Positions 48,279-58,570 are shown, numbered from the stretch's first letter. The stretch is DNA of 64,000 bases from Thaumarchaeota archaeon UBA141 (GCA_002495315.1 DAEN01000040.1:51553-115552), one strand, 5' to 3'. Notes: generated by a model from the sequence alone, not told the origin. Numbers and translations are program-made.

Positions 48279-48896
48279 TTAGTGTGAGTTCTTCATCACC
48301 ACGGGGCCTCTTGGTGAAGTCTCCCCGAAGATCTCCGCCTGAAACCTGTAGATCTTAGCATCACCTAACAACCAGGAATTGGAAGGAGCACCTGCTTTCA
48401 TGCAAACATTAGATAGGAATTCCTCTGGACCCCAGTCATATTCCACAGAGACTTGTGGTAAGAGGATACCAGAGAGTCCTCGCCAATGGAATACAAGGCC
48501 ATCCCTTCCCACTCTGATGGCGTTTAGATAATCCTTCGGTGACTTCACATTTACGAGCGAAAAGGTGCTTAGGATACTAATTTCTAGGACAATTTCTTCT
48601 AGCTCTTTAGCTAAGAGAGGGGGAAACCGCGGATCACGACTAGACGCGGCAACAGCCATCTCAATTACTGTGTCGACCAGAGGACTTTCAGTCTCACATA
48701 CTCCAATACAACCTCTTAGCTCCTTATTCTCACCATTCTGAAATTTGTTGATAGTGACGAACGCAGCAGCAGGTTCGACCAATGTACTCGATAAAGGACT
48801 TGGGCGTTCTATGAGTTCTCCATTCTTTAGATATGATTCTATAGCCCTTCGTGCTGTTCTTATAAGAAAACCTGCGTCACTAAGTAATAGAGGCAA
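48279..48896 (-). CDS. AMMECR1-domain protein
   Basis: AFVT, LRGCIG, DPRFPP, G.LLPQV, F...C.KAG; start uncertain (ORF open to 48953). Confidence 0.92.
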   Translation of the reverse strand: MPLLLSDAGFLIRTARRAIESYLKNGELIERPSPLSSTLVEPAAAFVTINKFQNGENKELRGCIGVCETESPLVDTVIEMAVAASSRDPRFPPLLAKELEEIVLEISILSTFSLVNVKSPKDYLNAIRVGRDGLVFHWRGLSGILLPQVSVEYDWGPEEFLSNVCMKAGAPSNSWLLGDAKIYRFQAEIFGETSPRGPVVMKNSH

Positions 48897-48927
48897 AACG
48901 TATCCGCCCAGATACGTTAATGCAGAT

Positions 48928-49419
48928 TCAATCTCGCTTAAGCCTTTCCTCAATGTTTTTTGCCTGTTTCAATATTCTGTTCCAATGACTTCCCAGCCAG
49001 TATACTTTATCACAGGGAGAACAGCTGTAGAATTCTTGATGGCTATTGAGTATTCCATGTGGAACCTTCTTTGGTAAGTCTTGTCTATTAGCAGCAACAA
49101 GATAGCCGTTGCACTTTGGACAACGAGATTTCGCATGATCTAGTTGAACTTCTTCCATCTGCAGCTCGGTGAATATGGCTATGAGCCGATCTTCGTCAGT
49201 ATTTTCCTGAACCAATATGGAGTTAATCCCTCTCTTCTTAGCTATTCCGAAGAGGTCGCGGTCCGCGGTCAGTAACACTCGTTTTTCTTTTCGAACAAGA
49301 TCTAGCAACAGCTGGTCATCGGTGGTTGTATCATAGAGAACATTAAAGCCCCAGATGCGTAGCTTTCTAGCTAGGCTACCAAGCATTCCATCTGCAAAAA
49401 ATGTAATATTTTCGGTCAT
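48928..49419 (-). CDS. Mut7-C RNase (PIN-fold) domain protein
   Basis: DGMLG.LARKLR..G, R.LLT.D, RCPKCN, C..C.KVYW.GSH. Confidence 0.92.
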   Translation of the reverse strand: MTENITFFADGMLGSLARKLRIWGFNVLYDTTTDDQLLLDLVRKEKRVLLTADRDLFGIAKKRGINSILVQENTDEDRLIAIFTELQMEEVQLDHAKSRCPKCNGYLVAANRQDLPKKVPHGILNSHQEFYSCSPCDKVYWLGSHWNRILKQAKNIEERLKRD

Positions 49420-49607
49420 AGGATTCCAAGCCTTGTTTAAGAAAGAAATAGCGGTTTGGAAGTCGTCAGCGAATTCGTGTAATTGTTTTCCTTTGAAGAA
49501 TTGACACAGCGCTCATGGCAAAAGATATAGCTTTCCAAATTTGAGATACGAAGTAATGATAGACTCAAGTCATCGCTTTACAAAAAAAACACTTGTTAAG
49601 CCATTGT

Positions 49608-51059
49608 TTAAGCCGAGGTGGCATTTTCCATCTTTTTCATTAGTCCTTTTTGCCATTCAGGAAATCCTCTAGGAGTTTCCGGATAGTCTAGATTATGTTG
49701 AATGAGCGTTTCGCTTTTCTTGGCAGTATCTCGAAGTCCAGAAGCTAGCTTCGAAGCTTTCATTATTCGAAACCACATCATGGGGTTAAAGAACCGGGTG
49801 CGCTGGAATTTCGGGTGTTTTCGTTCTGTTATGTCTGCTATGTCATCTTGTGTAAGGAAGTGCTTCATTCCATAGTTAATCTCACTATTCGTGATCGTTT
49901 GAAGATAAGCGCGAAGGACCTGGAAGCTAGCCATTTGATAGCCATAAGTTTTCATGTATTCAACGTTATAGGGCCAAAGAGATTTTTCACTCATGTCATT
50001 AGTCTCCAGAGCTCCAGCGACAGTTTTGCCTAGAATTACGCTAGCATAAAGACCTGGACCCATCCCTCCTGCATCTATTGGCCTCGGCATCCAAGCTGCG
50101 TCGCCTATCACTGCGTATCCATTCGTAACCATACAATCATTTTGTCGTCGAACCGGCACCTGCCAACTACCTTTTGAGTTACCTTCGTCATCGGCATCAT
50201 CTGAGAGAACGCATCTTTGGATTGTCCGGTTTTGTGTAACGTACGCATCTATGAGGCTTTGCAGGTTGTCATTAAGGCCGTATCTTTGATTTCTGCGTGC
50301 TAAAGCAGATTTCTGTACGCCTAATCCAATATTTACCTTGTTCTTACCCTTAGGAAAGGTCCAGGAATAGCCACCAGGGGCAAGATATTGGTCAAGGTGT
50401 ATTAGGCAATAATCTGGATCAAAATAGCTCCTATCGTTACCCTCCTGGCTGAACTTGTAGATGTATCTACCAGTAGCTTCTACGTCGTCCCGATCAATTT
50501 CTCTTTGGATCTTGGAATTTATTGAAAGGCTAGTACGAAGCTTCGATGCGGAGCCAGTAGCATCAATAATCATTTTTGCTCCTAATTTGAAGACGGATTT
50601 GTCAGTAAGGTATCGACCAACGACGCCAATAACAGCACCATCTTCGACCAAGAGACGGTCCAGGGATACGTTGAACTGGAAGCTGACGCCCAATTTCTTT
50701 GCATCACGAATCTGTCGCTGGGGTAGAATTTTTCGATTAAGGAGATAACCTTCTCCATCAAATAAGACTGAAGTCTTGTGATCAGGTGAAAATACCAAGA
50801 CGCCTTTCACCGGATGTTCTAGTTCTGGTGAACCATAGTGTATCCCCAAATGCTTGGCGACGTAGTCAATACTTCTCTTACTTACTGCATCACCACAGGT
50901 CCATCCATTGATTGTCTTCTTCCCTGCATCTTGCTCGGAATTCCGATCCACAACAAGTATGCGTGCTCTCTGGTTAGAATAGACAGCAACTGCTGCAGCT
51001 GTGATGAGGCCTACTAGACCCCCACCTGCAATTATGACATCAAAATCTTTAGTCAACAA
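49608..51059 (-). CDS. Digeranylgeranylglycerophospholipid reductase-like FAD oxidoreductase
   Basis: DVIIAGGG..G, CGD, DATG, PGGYSW.FPK, IGDAA..P..AGG. Confidence 0.85.
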   Translation of the reverse strand: MLTKDFDVIIAGGGLVGLITAAAVAVYSNQRARILVVDRNSEQDAGKKTINGWTCGDAVSKRSIDYVAKHLGIHYGSPELEHPVKGVLVFSPDHKTSVLFDGEGYLLNRKILPQRQIRDAKKLGVSFQFNVSLDRLLVEDGAVIGVVGRYLTDKSVFKLGAKMIIDATGSASKLRTSLSINSKIQREIDRDDVEATGRYIYKFSQEGNDRSYFDPDYCLIHLDQYLAPGGYSWTFPKGKNKVNIGLGVQKSALARRNQRYGLNDNLQSLIDAYVTQNRTIQRCVLSDDADDEGNSKGSWQVPVRRQNDCMVTNGYAVIGDAAWMPRPIDAGGMGPGLYASVILGKTVAGALETNDMSEKSLWPYNVEYMKTYGYQMASFQVLRAYLQTITNSEINYGMKHFLTQDDIADITERKHPKFQRTRFFNPMMWFRIMKASKLASGLRDTAKKSETLIQHNLDYPETPRGFPEWQKGLMKKMENATSA

Positions 51060-51210
51060 TAATTCTACTCACCTTGAGCTCCAAGCGAAGGGCAATCATG
51101 AATCTTATTATTCAGCATTCTCAGATTAGTCCTGAGTACCGAAATGTTTTCTTTGGGAGAAAAAATGAATTAATAGAAATATCGAGTCAATCATGTCTTA
51201 TTGATCGGAT

Positions 51211-51513
51211 CTAGACTCCTTCCGAGATCTTTGATATCTCGACTTGCACGCGGTCTCCTATCCTCAGTCCTGAGTCTTCATATTCTCTCATATCCAGCTT
51301 AACTACTGTGGTAAATCCTTGTGTGATTTGTCCTCCAAAGCTCTTGGTGATCCCCTTGACCAACTCATCAAGAGAACCAGCACCCATAACAACGGGTTGG
51401 TTTCGCGGACGATAAGATTCCTTCATATCTCTTGGGTCAACAAAAGTTACAAGTACATAGGGGCCACTGTCGGGCGCTGCCGAGATCTCCTTAACAACAA
51501 ATTCCTTTCTCAA
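51211..51513 (-). CDS. Conserved small protein, arcadin-1-like
   Basis: F.V..I...PD...YV.V.FVD ... FGG ... L...EYE..G..IGD.V.V.I pattern. Confidence 0.6.
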   Translation of the reverse strand: MRKEFVVKEISAAPDSGPYVLVTFVDPRDMKESYRPRNQPVVMGAGSLDELVKGITKSFGGQITQGFTTVVKLDMREYEDSGLRIGDRVQVEISKISEGV

Positions 51514-51642
51514 TGACGTTCGACTGTACGAAAAGAGACTGCTTTAAGAGGATTCCCAATAGCATGGCCGAAGGGTTTAGCTCTGCTAATACTAACTTCG
51601 CAAAGACTCTTTACGGGGTAGAGGTTTTTCCTATTTCCGTCT

Positions 51643-51745
51643 GCGGGGGTTGCCAAGCCAGGTCAAAGGCGCGAGGCTCAGGTGCTCAGTTTGCTAAGTC
51701 ACCTCGTCTCTTAGGGGTCCGTGGGTTCAAATCCCACCCCCCGCA
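51643..51745 (+). tRNA. tRNA-Leu(CAG) with an 18-nt intron at 37/38 (51683-51700)
   Basis: GCGGGGG/CCCCCGC-A acceptor, CGAGG-CTCAGG|A-CCTCG, long variable arm, GTTCAAATCCC. Confidence 0.94.
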
Positions 51746-51766
51746 CTGTAACGTTGGTGATAGAAG

Positions 51767-52525
51767 TTGATTCCGACTAACGCTAAACGAGGAAAGCCTG
51801 ATGTACTTCTCTTACCTATCTATGAACTAGAAGCTCTTCGAAATTCTCAGCTACTTCAGAAATATGAATCCCCTGAGGCAAAATACCTTGACAAGAACAC
51901 AGATGACGCGGAGGGATATTACTACAGATATTGCTCGGAAATCTATGTACTCGCATTCAATTCGAACGTAATCCAACGAAAAGATGTTCCCGGGCGGTAC
52001 AGAAATCTTTTACTTGGCAAATGGCAATCAAAGTTAGCACATCTAGATCCTCGATGCGACGAAGGCGCTATGTGGTTTGCTACAATGGCTCCTATTCTTG
52101 GAGAATCGTTTTTACGTGAGTTAGTGGGACAGAATCTTCTTCTTAGTCCAAATCAGGCAGAGCTCTTGAGCTCCGTCTCAACCGGCGATCGTCCATTGGG
52201 TATTGTTGCGAACCTTCGGAAGGTCTTCACTGCGAAGGCACAGGGCAACCCAATTGATTTCATGATGATTTCACCTGTATATACAGTTCCACTGGGCGTG
52301 GCTATTGTAAAAGATGCATCTAGTCCCAATTCAGCGAAGTTATGGGTCAACTTTGTCCTTTCAGAGGAAGGACAGAAGCTTCTGGCCTCTAACGGTTGGA
52401 TACCAAGTAGGCGCGATATACCTTCTAAATTGAAATTGGAAGAGACAGAACTTATCAACTGCATATCTAGCGTGGACATTGGCAGTGCCCGAAAAGAAGC
52501 AGCTCGACTATACAGACTTGAATAG
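51767..52525 (+). CDS. Orphan ABC substrate-binding protein (Fe3+/thiamine-like), N-terminally truncated; possible pseudogene
   Basis: LAFNSN, P..Y..LL..KW..K, G.PI, A.VK.A..PNSAKLWVNF.LS.EGQ..P.R.D; no signal peptide; in-frame TAG two codons upstream. Confidence 0.7.
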   Translation: MIPTNAKRGKPDVLLLPIYELEALRNSQLLQKYESPEAKYLDKNTDDAEGYYYRYCSEIYVLAFNSNVIQRKDVPGRYRNLLLGKWQSKLAHLDPRCDEGAMWFATMAPILGESFLRELVGQNLLLSPNQAELLSSVSTGDRPLGIVANLRKVFTAKAQGNPIDFMMISPVYTVPLGVAIVKDASSPNSAKLWVNFVLSEEGQKLLASNGWIPSRRDIPSKLKLEETELINCISSVDIGSARKEAARLYRLE

Positions 52526-52630
52526 ATCTTCTCCTCTGAGACCAGAGGATTATCTAGACTCATTTTTGACTAGTTCTTTGACATAAGGCTTAATTGGTTC
52601 CAAAATACTCAAAGATTAAGAGCTAAACGA

Positions 52631-53746
52631 ATGCTTCTTCAGATTGGCCTGGTTGATAACCTCGCGAGTAATCCAATCATCACTATGGTGATCTTTTATC
52701 TCCCCTTCATCGGTCTCATGCTTTACGGACAGAAATTCCAATCATGGATGATTCTTACTGAGGTAGCTAGGTCGCTCAATCGAATGAAGGCGATGAAGGA
52801 ACGAGGTCGACAAGAGATGATAGATTATGTCAACCAAGTTGCAAAGCCAGCGACCGACCCGAGCGAGAGACTCGATCAAATGTTGGAGCATTTCACCATC
52901 CTTCCAGTTGATTTAGACCCATCGGGAATAGTGAAAAAAATGGAACACATACTCACAGTGCGAGATGAACGGGTAAAAGCCGAGACGAAGCGACTGGCTC
53001 CAATAGATGACCCGGTAAAGATGAGCGCGGCGGAAAACATCATGGAAGTCGCTACCGTACTAAATTTGATGTACAAGATCATTCGTCACTTCTACCTTCT
53101 TGGGAAGCGAAATGGAAGTCTCTATGTTGTCATTCAGCTTCAGATGATAATGCCAATTCTACTTCAGGAAGCAGACGCTCTCATAAATGCTCTCAATGCG
53201 CTCAAGAAGGTTCAACCACTTGGAGACGGGGTCGGAGCTATGGTAGCTGGAAAACTTATGCTGGAGAAGGAAAAGAAGATAATTGCCAAAGATACCGTCC
53301 TAGCTGAGACCGAATATCACGGGCGCCAGCTCTATCTGATAAAGGCGGAGGGACCAGGAGGCATGGTAGGAAGGCCGGGCGAGGCGGTGGAGAAGCTCGT
53401 AACTGAAGTGAGTAAGCCGATAAACGCGATATTCATGATTGACGCTGCTTTGAAGTTGGAGGGAGAGACGACAGGAGATATTGCAGAAGGTATTGGAGCA
53501 GCCATTGGAGGGATTGGTGTAGATCGGTTCCGTATTGAGGAAGTAGCATCAGGGCACAATATCCCGCTTTACGCCATCGTTGTAAAAGAATCACTCATCG
53601 AAGCGATTTCTGTTATGAAGAAAGAAATTGCAGAGACCGCAGATAAGGTTCTTGTAATCGTTGACAAACTGATCGAGGAGAGGACGAACAAGGGCGATAG
53701 GGTACTTTTGGTGGGAGTAGGCAATACTCTGGGGATTGGACAATAG
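52631..53746 (+). CDS. DUF1512-family conserved archaeal protein
   Basis: I.PVDLDP.GI, P.GDG.G, KAEGPGG.VG.PG, IDAALKLEGE.TG..AEG.GAAIGG.G, GVGNTLG.GQ. Confidence 0.88.
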   Translation: MLLQIGLVDNLASNPIITMVIFYLPFIGLMLYGQKFQSWMILTEVARSLNRMKAMKERGRQEMIDYVNQVAKPATDPSERLDQMLEHFTILPVDLDPSGIVKKMEHILTVRDERVKAETKRLAPIDDPVKMSAAENIMEVATVLNLMYKIIRHFYLLGKRNGSLYVVIQLQMIMPILLQEADALINALNALKKVQPLGDGVGAMVAGKLMLEKEKKIIAKDTVLAETEYHGRQLYLIKAEGPGGMVGRPGEAVEKLVTEVSKPINAIFMIDAALKLEGETTGDIAEGIGAAIGGIGVDRFRIEEVASGHNIPLYAIVVKESLIEAISVMKKEIAETADKVLVIVDKLIEERTNKGDRVLLVGVGNTLGIGQ

Positions 53747-53749
53747 ACA

Positions 53750-53959
53750 ATGTCTCTGCCCATACTTCCTTCTATAGGAAGCCGCGAAGGTAAGATGACC
53801 GTCTTCACTATCGAAGAATGTGAAAAATGTTCGTTAAAGACCAAACGGCCGTTTGAGGATGGTGACTATGTTTTCAAAGACGGTGGAGCATGTTCGCATT
53901 GCAAAAGTCCCCATACAAGAATTAGTTCAGTGCACGCTGAGCATGTTCGGCGATCTTAA
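53750..53959 (+). CDS. Small conserved zinc-ribbon protein following DUF1512
   Basis: T.EECEKC..K.KR.F..GDYVF....CSHC; start may be ATG 53795. Confidence 0.8.
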   Translation: MSLPILPSIGSREGKMTVFTIEECEKCSLKTKRPFEDGDYVFKDGGACSHCKSPHTRISSVHAEHVRRS

Positions 53960-54849
53960 ACTGTAAGGACCGTCGTTCTTTCCTCCTCAAGTGTAATGGT
54001 GTGTTCGAACTGTGCTACAATTCTTCCATTAGCTTCGATTAGACTCGGGTACGAGCGGAGAGCTTTGAGAGTTACTAATTTGGTAAGAGCCTGTTTTAAC
54101 TCCGTCTTCTCCATTTTACCCTCAAGGTAACGTGTTGCAAAGGGCAGGGTTCGATAGGACGACCAAATGTGTTCCAGTAGCTCGTCCAGACTCTTGTCAC
54201 GCGTCTTTTTCCTGCCCACTAGGCTGTATATTTCGCGCGTGGGCCCATCAATCACTTGGCCAGCACCATGTTCAGTGGTTAGGAAAGGCTCTATTGCATA
54301 AACTCCTCCAGCTTTAAGTGAAGGAGTTCCACCCATCCATGTATTGGGGATTGATATCCCAGCGTGGACGCGATAGGATTCTATTGAGTGGCCGCTTAGA
54401 TTCGTAATTGGTCTATATCCATATCTCGCAGCGGTATTAGAGATGACTTCTCCTAGATTCCCAGTTCGAACATCAACCCGGGCGAGCTTGATTGCCTCGT
54501 TCAAGGCTTCCTCTGTTGCACGGACTAATCCATCATAATCCGGGTTGAATGTGACAGTGGCAGCAGTGTCTACTAGATATCCCGAGATATGAGCGCCTAG
54601 GTCAATCTTCACGACATTTCCATTCTTTATGGTTAGTGAATCATCAATCTCAGCAGTATAATGCGCAGCTACTTCATCTATACTTACATTGCAGGGAAAA
54701 GCAGGCTCAGCTCCCCTACTTCTGATTTCGTCTTCCACCGTATTGCATAGATCCAATACTTTCATCCCCGGCCTTGCGGCCTGACAGATCCGTCGTCTAA
54801 CATCTGAAGCAATCTGTCCAGCTTTGTAATATTCTTCTGCGATCGACAA
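53956..54849 (-). CDS. map: Methionine aminopeptidase type II
   Basis: AFPCN.S..AAHYT, KIDLGAH..G..VDTA, NLSGH, AIEPF, AQFEHT. Confidence 0.96.
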   Translation of the reverse strand: MSIAEEYYKAGQIASDVRRRICQAARPGMKVLDLCNTVEDEIRSRGAEPAFPCNVSIDEVAAHYTAEIDDSLTIKNGNVVKIDLGAHISGYLVDTAATVTFNPDYDGLVRATEEALNEAIKLARVDVRTGNLGEVISNTAARYGYRPITNLSGHSIESYRVHAGISIPNTWMGGTPSLKAGGVYAIEPFLTTEHGAGQVIDGPTREIYSLVGRKKTRDKSLDELLEHIWSSYRTLPFATRYLEGKMEKTELKQALTKLVTLKALRSYPSLIEANGRIVAQFEHTITLEEERTTVLTV

Positions 54850-54922
54850 ATCTGCTCCTCGTCTATCTCGAATGGGGATGCTATTTTAACCCTTGAACGT
54901 TCTGTGTCTTCGTTCGATACTG

Positions 54923-55402
54923 ATGGCTCTGACTAGGCGCTATCGAGTTGTAGCAACTGGGGGCACCTTTGACTTGTTACATAAAGGACATAAGGCTCTT
55001 CTAAAACGAAGCTTCGATGTTGGAGATCACGTGATAATCGGAATCACATCCGATGTTTTGGCACGTAGAATGGGAAAGAACCATGCAAGGAAGTACTTTG
55101 ACAGGGAAACAGAACTTCGTACTTATTTGACGCGAGAATTTCAAGGTAGAAGCTATGAAGTAACAGAACTCCAGGACTTCTTTGGTCCAACAGTAACTCG
55201 CAGTGATGTAGAAGCTATTGTAGTAAGTGAAGAGACGTTAGAAAGGGTTGAAGAAGCGAGGCAACACAGGCAAGAACAGGGCAATCCTGATCTTTGTGCT
55301 GTCCTTGTGAAATATGTATTAGCGGAGGACGGCAAGCCTATCTCAACAAGAAGGATAACGTCAGGAGAGATCGATAAAGAAGGGAAGTTGAGGACGACCT
55401 AA
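54923..55402 (+). CDS. coaD: Phosphopantetheine adenylyltransferase (archaeal type)
   Basis: GGTFDLLHKGH, GITSD, FGP, VVSEET, AEDGKPIS. Confidence 0.92.
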   Translation: MALTRRYRVVATGGTFDLLHKGHKALLKRSFDVGDHVIIGITSDVLARRMGKNHARKYFDRETELRTYLTREFQGRSYEVTELQDFFGPTVTRSDVEAIVVSEETLERVEEARQHRQEQGNPDLCAVLVKYVLAEDGKPISTRRITSGEIDKEGKLRTT

Positions 55403-55466
55403 CAAAGTAATCTTACTGATTACTTCTACCTGAACTTCCAATGACTGGAGAAAGTTGTCTTCTTCA

Positions 55467-56297
55467 CTACACTTTAACCTCCATCAAGTCTTCGCCCATT
55501 ATAACCTCTCCATGAAATAGCTCTTGAACCTGCCTCTTCATTTCCGCCAATTTATCTCGATTATCAGCTACGTTATATGAAAAGTGCCTTAGTACTAATT
55601 TCTTAACTTCGGCTTCTTCTGCTAAAGCGCCCAACTGACGGGGACCCGTATGCCATTTGGAAAAGCCTCTTTCTTGAATTTCCTCTTCGAACATGGTGCA
55701 TTCATGAACTAGGACGTCTACTCCTTTAGCAAGTCTACTGACGCTTTGAGACGGCATGTTGTCACCAGCTATCACTATCTTTCTTCCTTCAGCTTCGATA
55801 CCATATGCTAGTGATTCTATGTGGGGCTTGATGTGGTCAGTGAAAACTGATTCAACTCTCCATGACCCAGAATCTGTGAGGAGACCTTCAGTTTGGACCT
55901 CATGGATCTCTGCATCAAGGCCTTCTTTAGTTCTATTAGGAAGGGTGAGTCTAGATGCGATGTCATTTTGGTATAGATCTTCTGCAATTATTCTATGGAA
56001 TTCCCTTGTCCCCTTTGGACCATAGACGTGGAGCTTCTCGCGTACCCCTTTCTGCATTTTCATGGTCCAAGTTACAAATAGAAAATAGGGATATTCGGAG
56101 TTGTGGTCAAAATGATGGTGGGTGAAAAAGAGATGCCGTATTCTGATCGGATCTATCCCAGCCTGGAGTAAACGGGTGGTGACTTGCCTGCCGCAATCAA
56201 ACAGAAGGGGCTCATCTCTAACAATTAGTACCTGACCAGGACCTGAACGGTTGAGAGATGGTCTAACCCCCGCCGTTCCAAGTAATATTAGTTTCAA
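55467..56297 (-). CDS. RNase Z/arylsulfatase-like MBL-fold hydrolase
   Basis: LLGTAG, FDCG, THHHFDH, VYGPKG, AGD, DVLVHE, HT, H. Confidence 0.85.
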   Translation of the reverse strand: MKLILLGTAGVRPSLNRSGPGQVLIVRDEPLLFDCGRQVTTRLLQAGIDPIRIRHLFFTHHHFDHNSEYPYFLFVTWTMKMQKGVREKLHVYGPKGTREFHRIIAEDLYQNDIASRLTLPNRTKEGLDAEIHEVQTEGLLTDSGSWRVESVFTDHIKPHIESLAYGIEAEGRKIVIAGDNMPSQSVSRLAKGVDVLVHECTMFEEEIQERGFSKWHTGPRQLGALAEEAEVKKLVLRHFSYNVADNRDKLAEMKRQVQELFHGEVIMGEDLMEVKV

Positions 56298-56464
56298 AGG
56301 ACGTTCTCAAATCATTCAACGAGTGTTAAGGACTAGATGAATTTACCGGTCCCTAAATGCATGGGTGGCCTCTCTGGCAACAGTCTAGATCTGCTTGTCT
56401 ACGTCGTTGCGTAGATAGGGGTACATGTACTGGACATTAACTTAAAGCTAGTTTCTTGAGGATG

Positions 56465-57670
56465 TCAAGGACGTCTTTTCAGACCGAGGGCAAGGAATGC
56501 TGTCGCGAAAAGAACACTGGCTACGGATAAGATTCCTAGAGTCCAGAACACAGGGGAGAAACCCCCTAGAAAGAAGACTAATGCAAGGGTAGCTGGAGCA
56601 GAGGACTTGCCTATCTGTTGAAACATCCTATCGACTGAAACTACTCCGCCACGGAGTTGCATTGGAGCACTTTGCGTGAGCAGGTTTTTTTGAATAGGCG
56701 AGATGATCCCATTCGCTAAACCATATGCTAGCAAGGTGATAGCCCACAGCAGGAAAGAATCGAGGCTTGGCCAGATCAATAGGCAGATAGCATCTACAAG
56801 GAAGGCTCCAACAAGAAGGCGTCCCCTATCGACCCATTGGACCAGCCTGCCAACTTGGCTTGCGCTAAGGATCGCGCCCACGCCGAAGAAGGAGAGAAGC
56901 AAACCGCTTTCAAATGGAGAAACTCCATGAGACGCTGACAAATAGAGGGGAAAAAATGTGAAGAATCCATAATCAAGAAAAAATCGGAAGAATCCTGCTG
57001 AGAAGGCCGACAGCAACCGTGGTTGAGACATTGCTTTCACAATTCCTCCGAAATAGAGTCTTCGCTGTGGACGCTCAGCTCTGCAGGTTTCTGGCATCCA
57101 TGGTATTGCTAGGATTGCGAGCGGAACGAATAGAAGGTAGATGAAAAATGGGAACCGCCAAGATATCAGAGCAAGAAGACCACCGAGTACTGGCAGACTT
57201 ATGATAGCAACCCGGTCTATGATAACCTTCAGTCCTTGTCCACTGATCTCTCGTCGGTCTTCGAGCAAATCTCCAATTAGGACTATTGTTAAGGGACTAA
57301 GAGCGCTCCAAGCGACACCTTGAAGCAAGCGAAATGTCAAGACCCATTCGAAGCTTGGCGCTAACCCTACTGCAGCTCCAGCTCCCCCAAAAATAAAGAG
57401 ACTGGATATCAATAGCCTTCGCCTGCCATAGAAATCTGACAAAAATCCAAAGAGAGGCGCCAGAATGATAGCAGGCGCGGTGAAGACGATGATTACCAGA
57501 GCAACTTCGGCCTCTTCAACCTGAAGCTGGTCGACCATTGCAGGTAAGACTGGATAGAGAAGGCTAACGCCCATGACCATGGCTACGCTGCTGCCATAAG
57601 CGACGGCTAAGGAGAGCCTAGTGGATCTTGGCAACCCATCTAAGCCTAAGAAGCGCAGCAAGAGTCCCAA
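56465..57670 (-). CDS. MFS transporter
   Basis: About 12 TMs; G.LSD.YGRR motif A; R.LQG; P.LGG. Confidence 0.9.
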   Translation of the reverse strand: MGLLLRFLGLDGLPRSTRLSLAVAYGSSVAMVMGVSLLYPVLPAMVDQLQVEEAEVALVIIVFTAPAIILAPLFGFLSDFYGRRRLLISSLFIFGGAGAAVGLAPSFEWVLTFRLLQGVAWSALSPLTIVLIGDLLEDRREISGQGLKVIIDRVAIISLPVLGGLLALISWRFPFFIYLLFVPLAILAIPWMPETCRAERPQRRLYFGGIVKAMSQPRLLSAFSAGFFRFFLDYGFFTFFPLYLSASHGVSPFESGLLLSFFGVGAILSASQVGRLVQWVDRGRLLVGAFLVDAICLLIWPSLDSFLLWAITLLAYGLANGIISPIQKNLLTQSAPMQLRGGVVSVDRMFQQIGKSSAPATLALVFFLGGFSPVFWTLGILSVASVLFATAFLALGLKRRP

Positions 57671-57782
57671 AAGGCTTCACCCGGAGGTTCTCTACTTGTG
57701 ATCTTGATAACTTATTTCTTGCTGAGTGCAGAAGGGGTACAGCAAATTATGATGGATTGTTGCTATATCTTAGTGAAGAGAG

Positions 57783-57883
57783 CGCCGGGGGTGGGATTTG
57801 AACCCACGGGACCCCGAAAGGTCACAAGCTATCGAGATAACGCTTTTCCAGGCTTGCGCCCCACCAGACTAGGCGACCCCGGC
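57783..57883 (-). tRNA. tRNA-Ser(GGA) with a 15-nt intron at 37/38 (57831-57845)
   Basis: Reverse complement: GCCGGGG/CCCCGGC-G, CAAGC-CTGGAA|A-GCTTG, long variable arm, GTTCAAATCCC. Confidence 0.92.
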
Positions 57884-58081
57884 CAGCTGACGTTAGGTTC
57901 TTACCGTTGACTTATACTTTACCTACAATTGTTGTGTGTGACCAGTTCAACGTTCTTTCGATATATCTTTACATACATTGACGAAGGCGGTGTCTAATCT
58001 AGACTAGGTACACAAGTATCTACTATGAATGGTCTGATAGCTCTAAATCGTATTTGCTGTATTTGATCGTTGAATGTGAGT

Positions 58082-58396
58082 GGCGGTAGCTCAGCCGGAG
58101 TTCCCATAGGGCTGGGCCCAATCTCCACCCGTGCGAGGTCCTCCACGTAGACGCGACAGCACAGCCACCTCATCTTAGGGCTGCTCCCTCCCGGACCTGG
58201 CCCGGTTCGACGATTGAGAGTCAAACCCTTCCCTTCGGAAGGATTGCTCCTTGCGACCGCCCATCGCGGCGTGGGTTCATACCAGCTTGGATGGCAGGAA
58301 TTCCAGCTCCCGTGGTTTACCCGCCTGTTACTGACCCCTGCGTGTAGCCGGTTTCAGGTAAGGGAGACGGCTACCCTCCCAGTCCTACCTACCGCC
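58082..58396 (-). ncRNA. ffs: Archaeal SRP (7S) RNA
   Basis: Minus strand: helix 8 GGGCCAGGTCC-GGGA-GGGAGCAGCCC, helix 6 CCTTCC-GAAG-GGAAGG, terminal pairing GGCGGTAG/CTACCGCC; about 315 nt. Confidence 0.92.
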
Positions 58397-58570
58397 AAAG
58401 CTTGTTACAGTTTTTCCCGTATATTTAGTTGATTAGGTAAATCCGCAAAAAAATGACCTGGATGTTGGTAACTGGTCTAGCGAAAGATGGGAATGTCATG
58501 AATATACTGAAGGGCTTCGTATCAGGCAAGTTTGGAGGAAATACAGAAAGAAGTCCTGTGGATGAAGTCC

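Noticed and set aside
33189..58432. ORFs 33189-33431, 51513-51770, 57698-57910, 57994-58224 and 58214-58432
   Set aside because: They overlap tRNA or SRP RNA genes, whose GC-rich sequence creates spurious open frames
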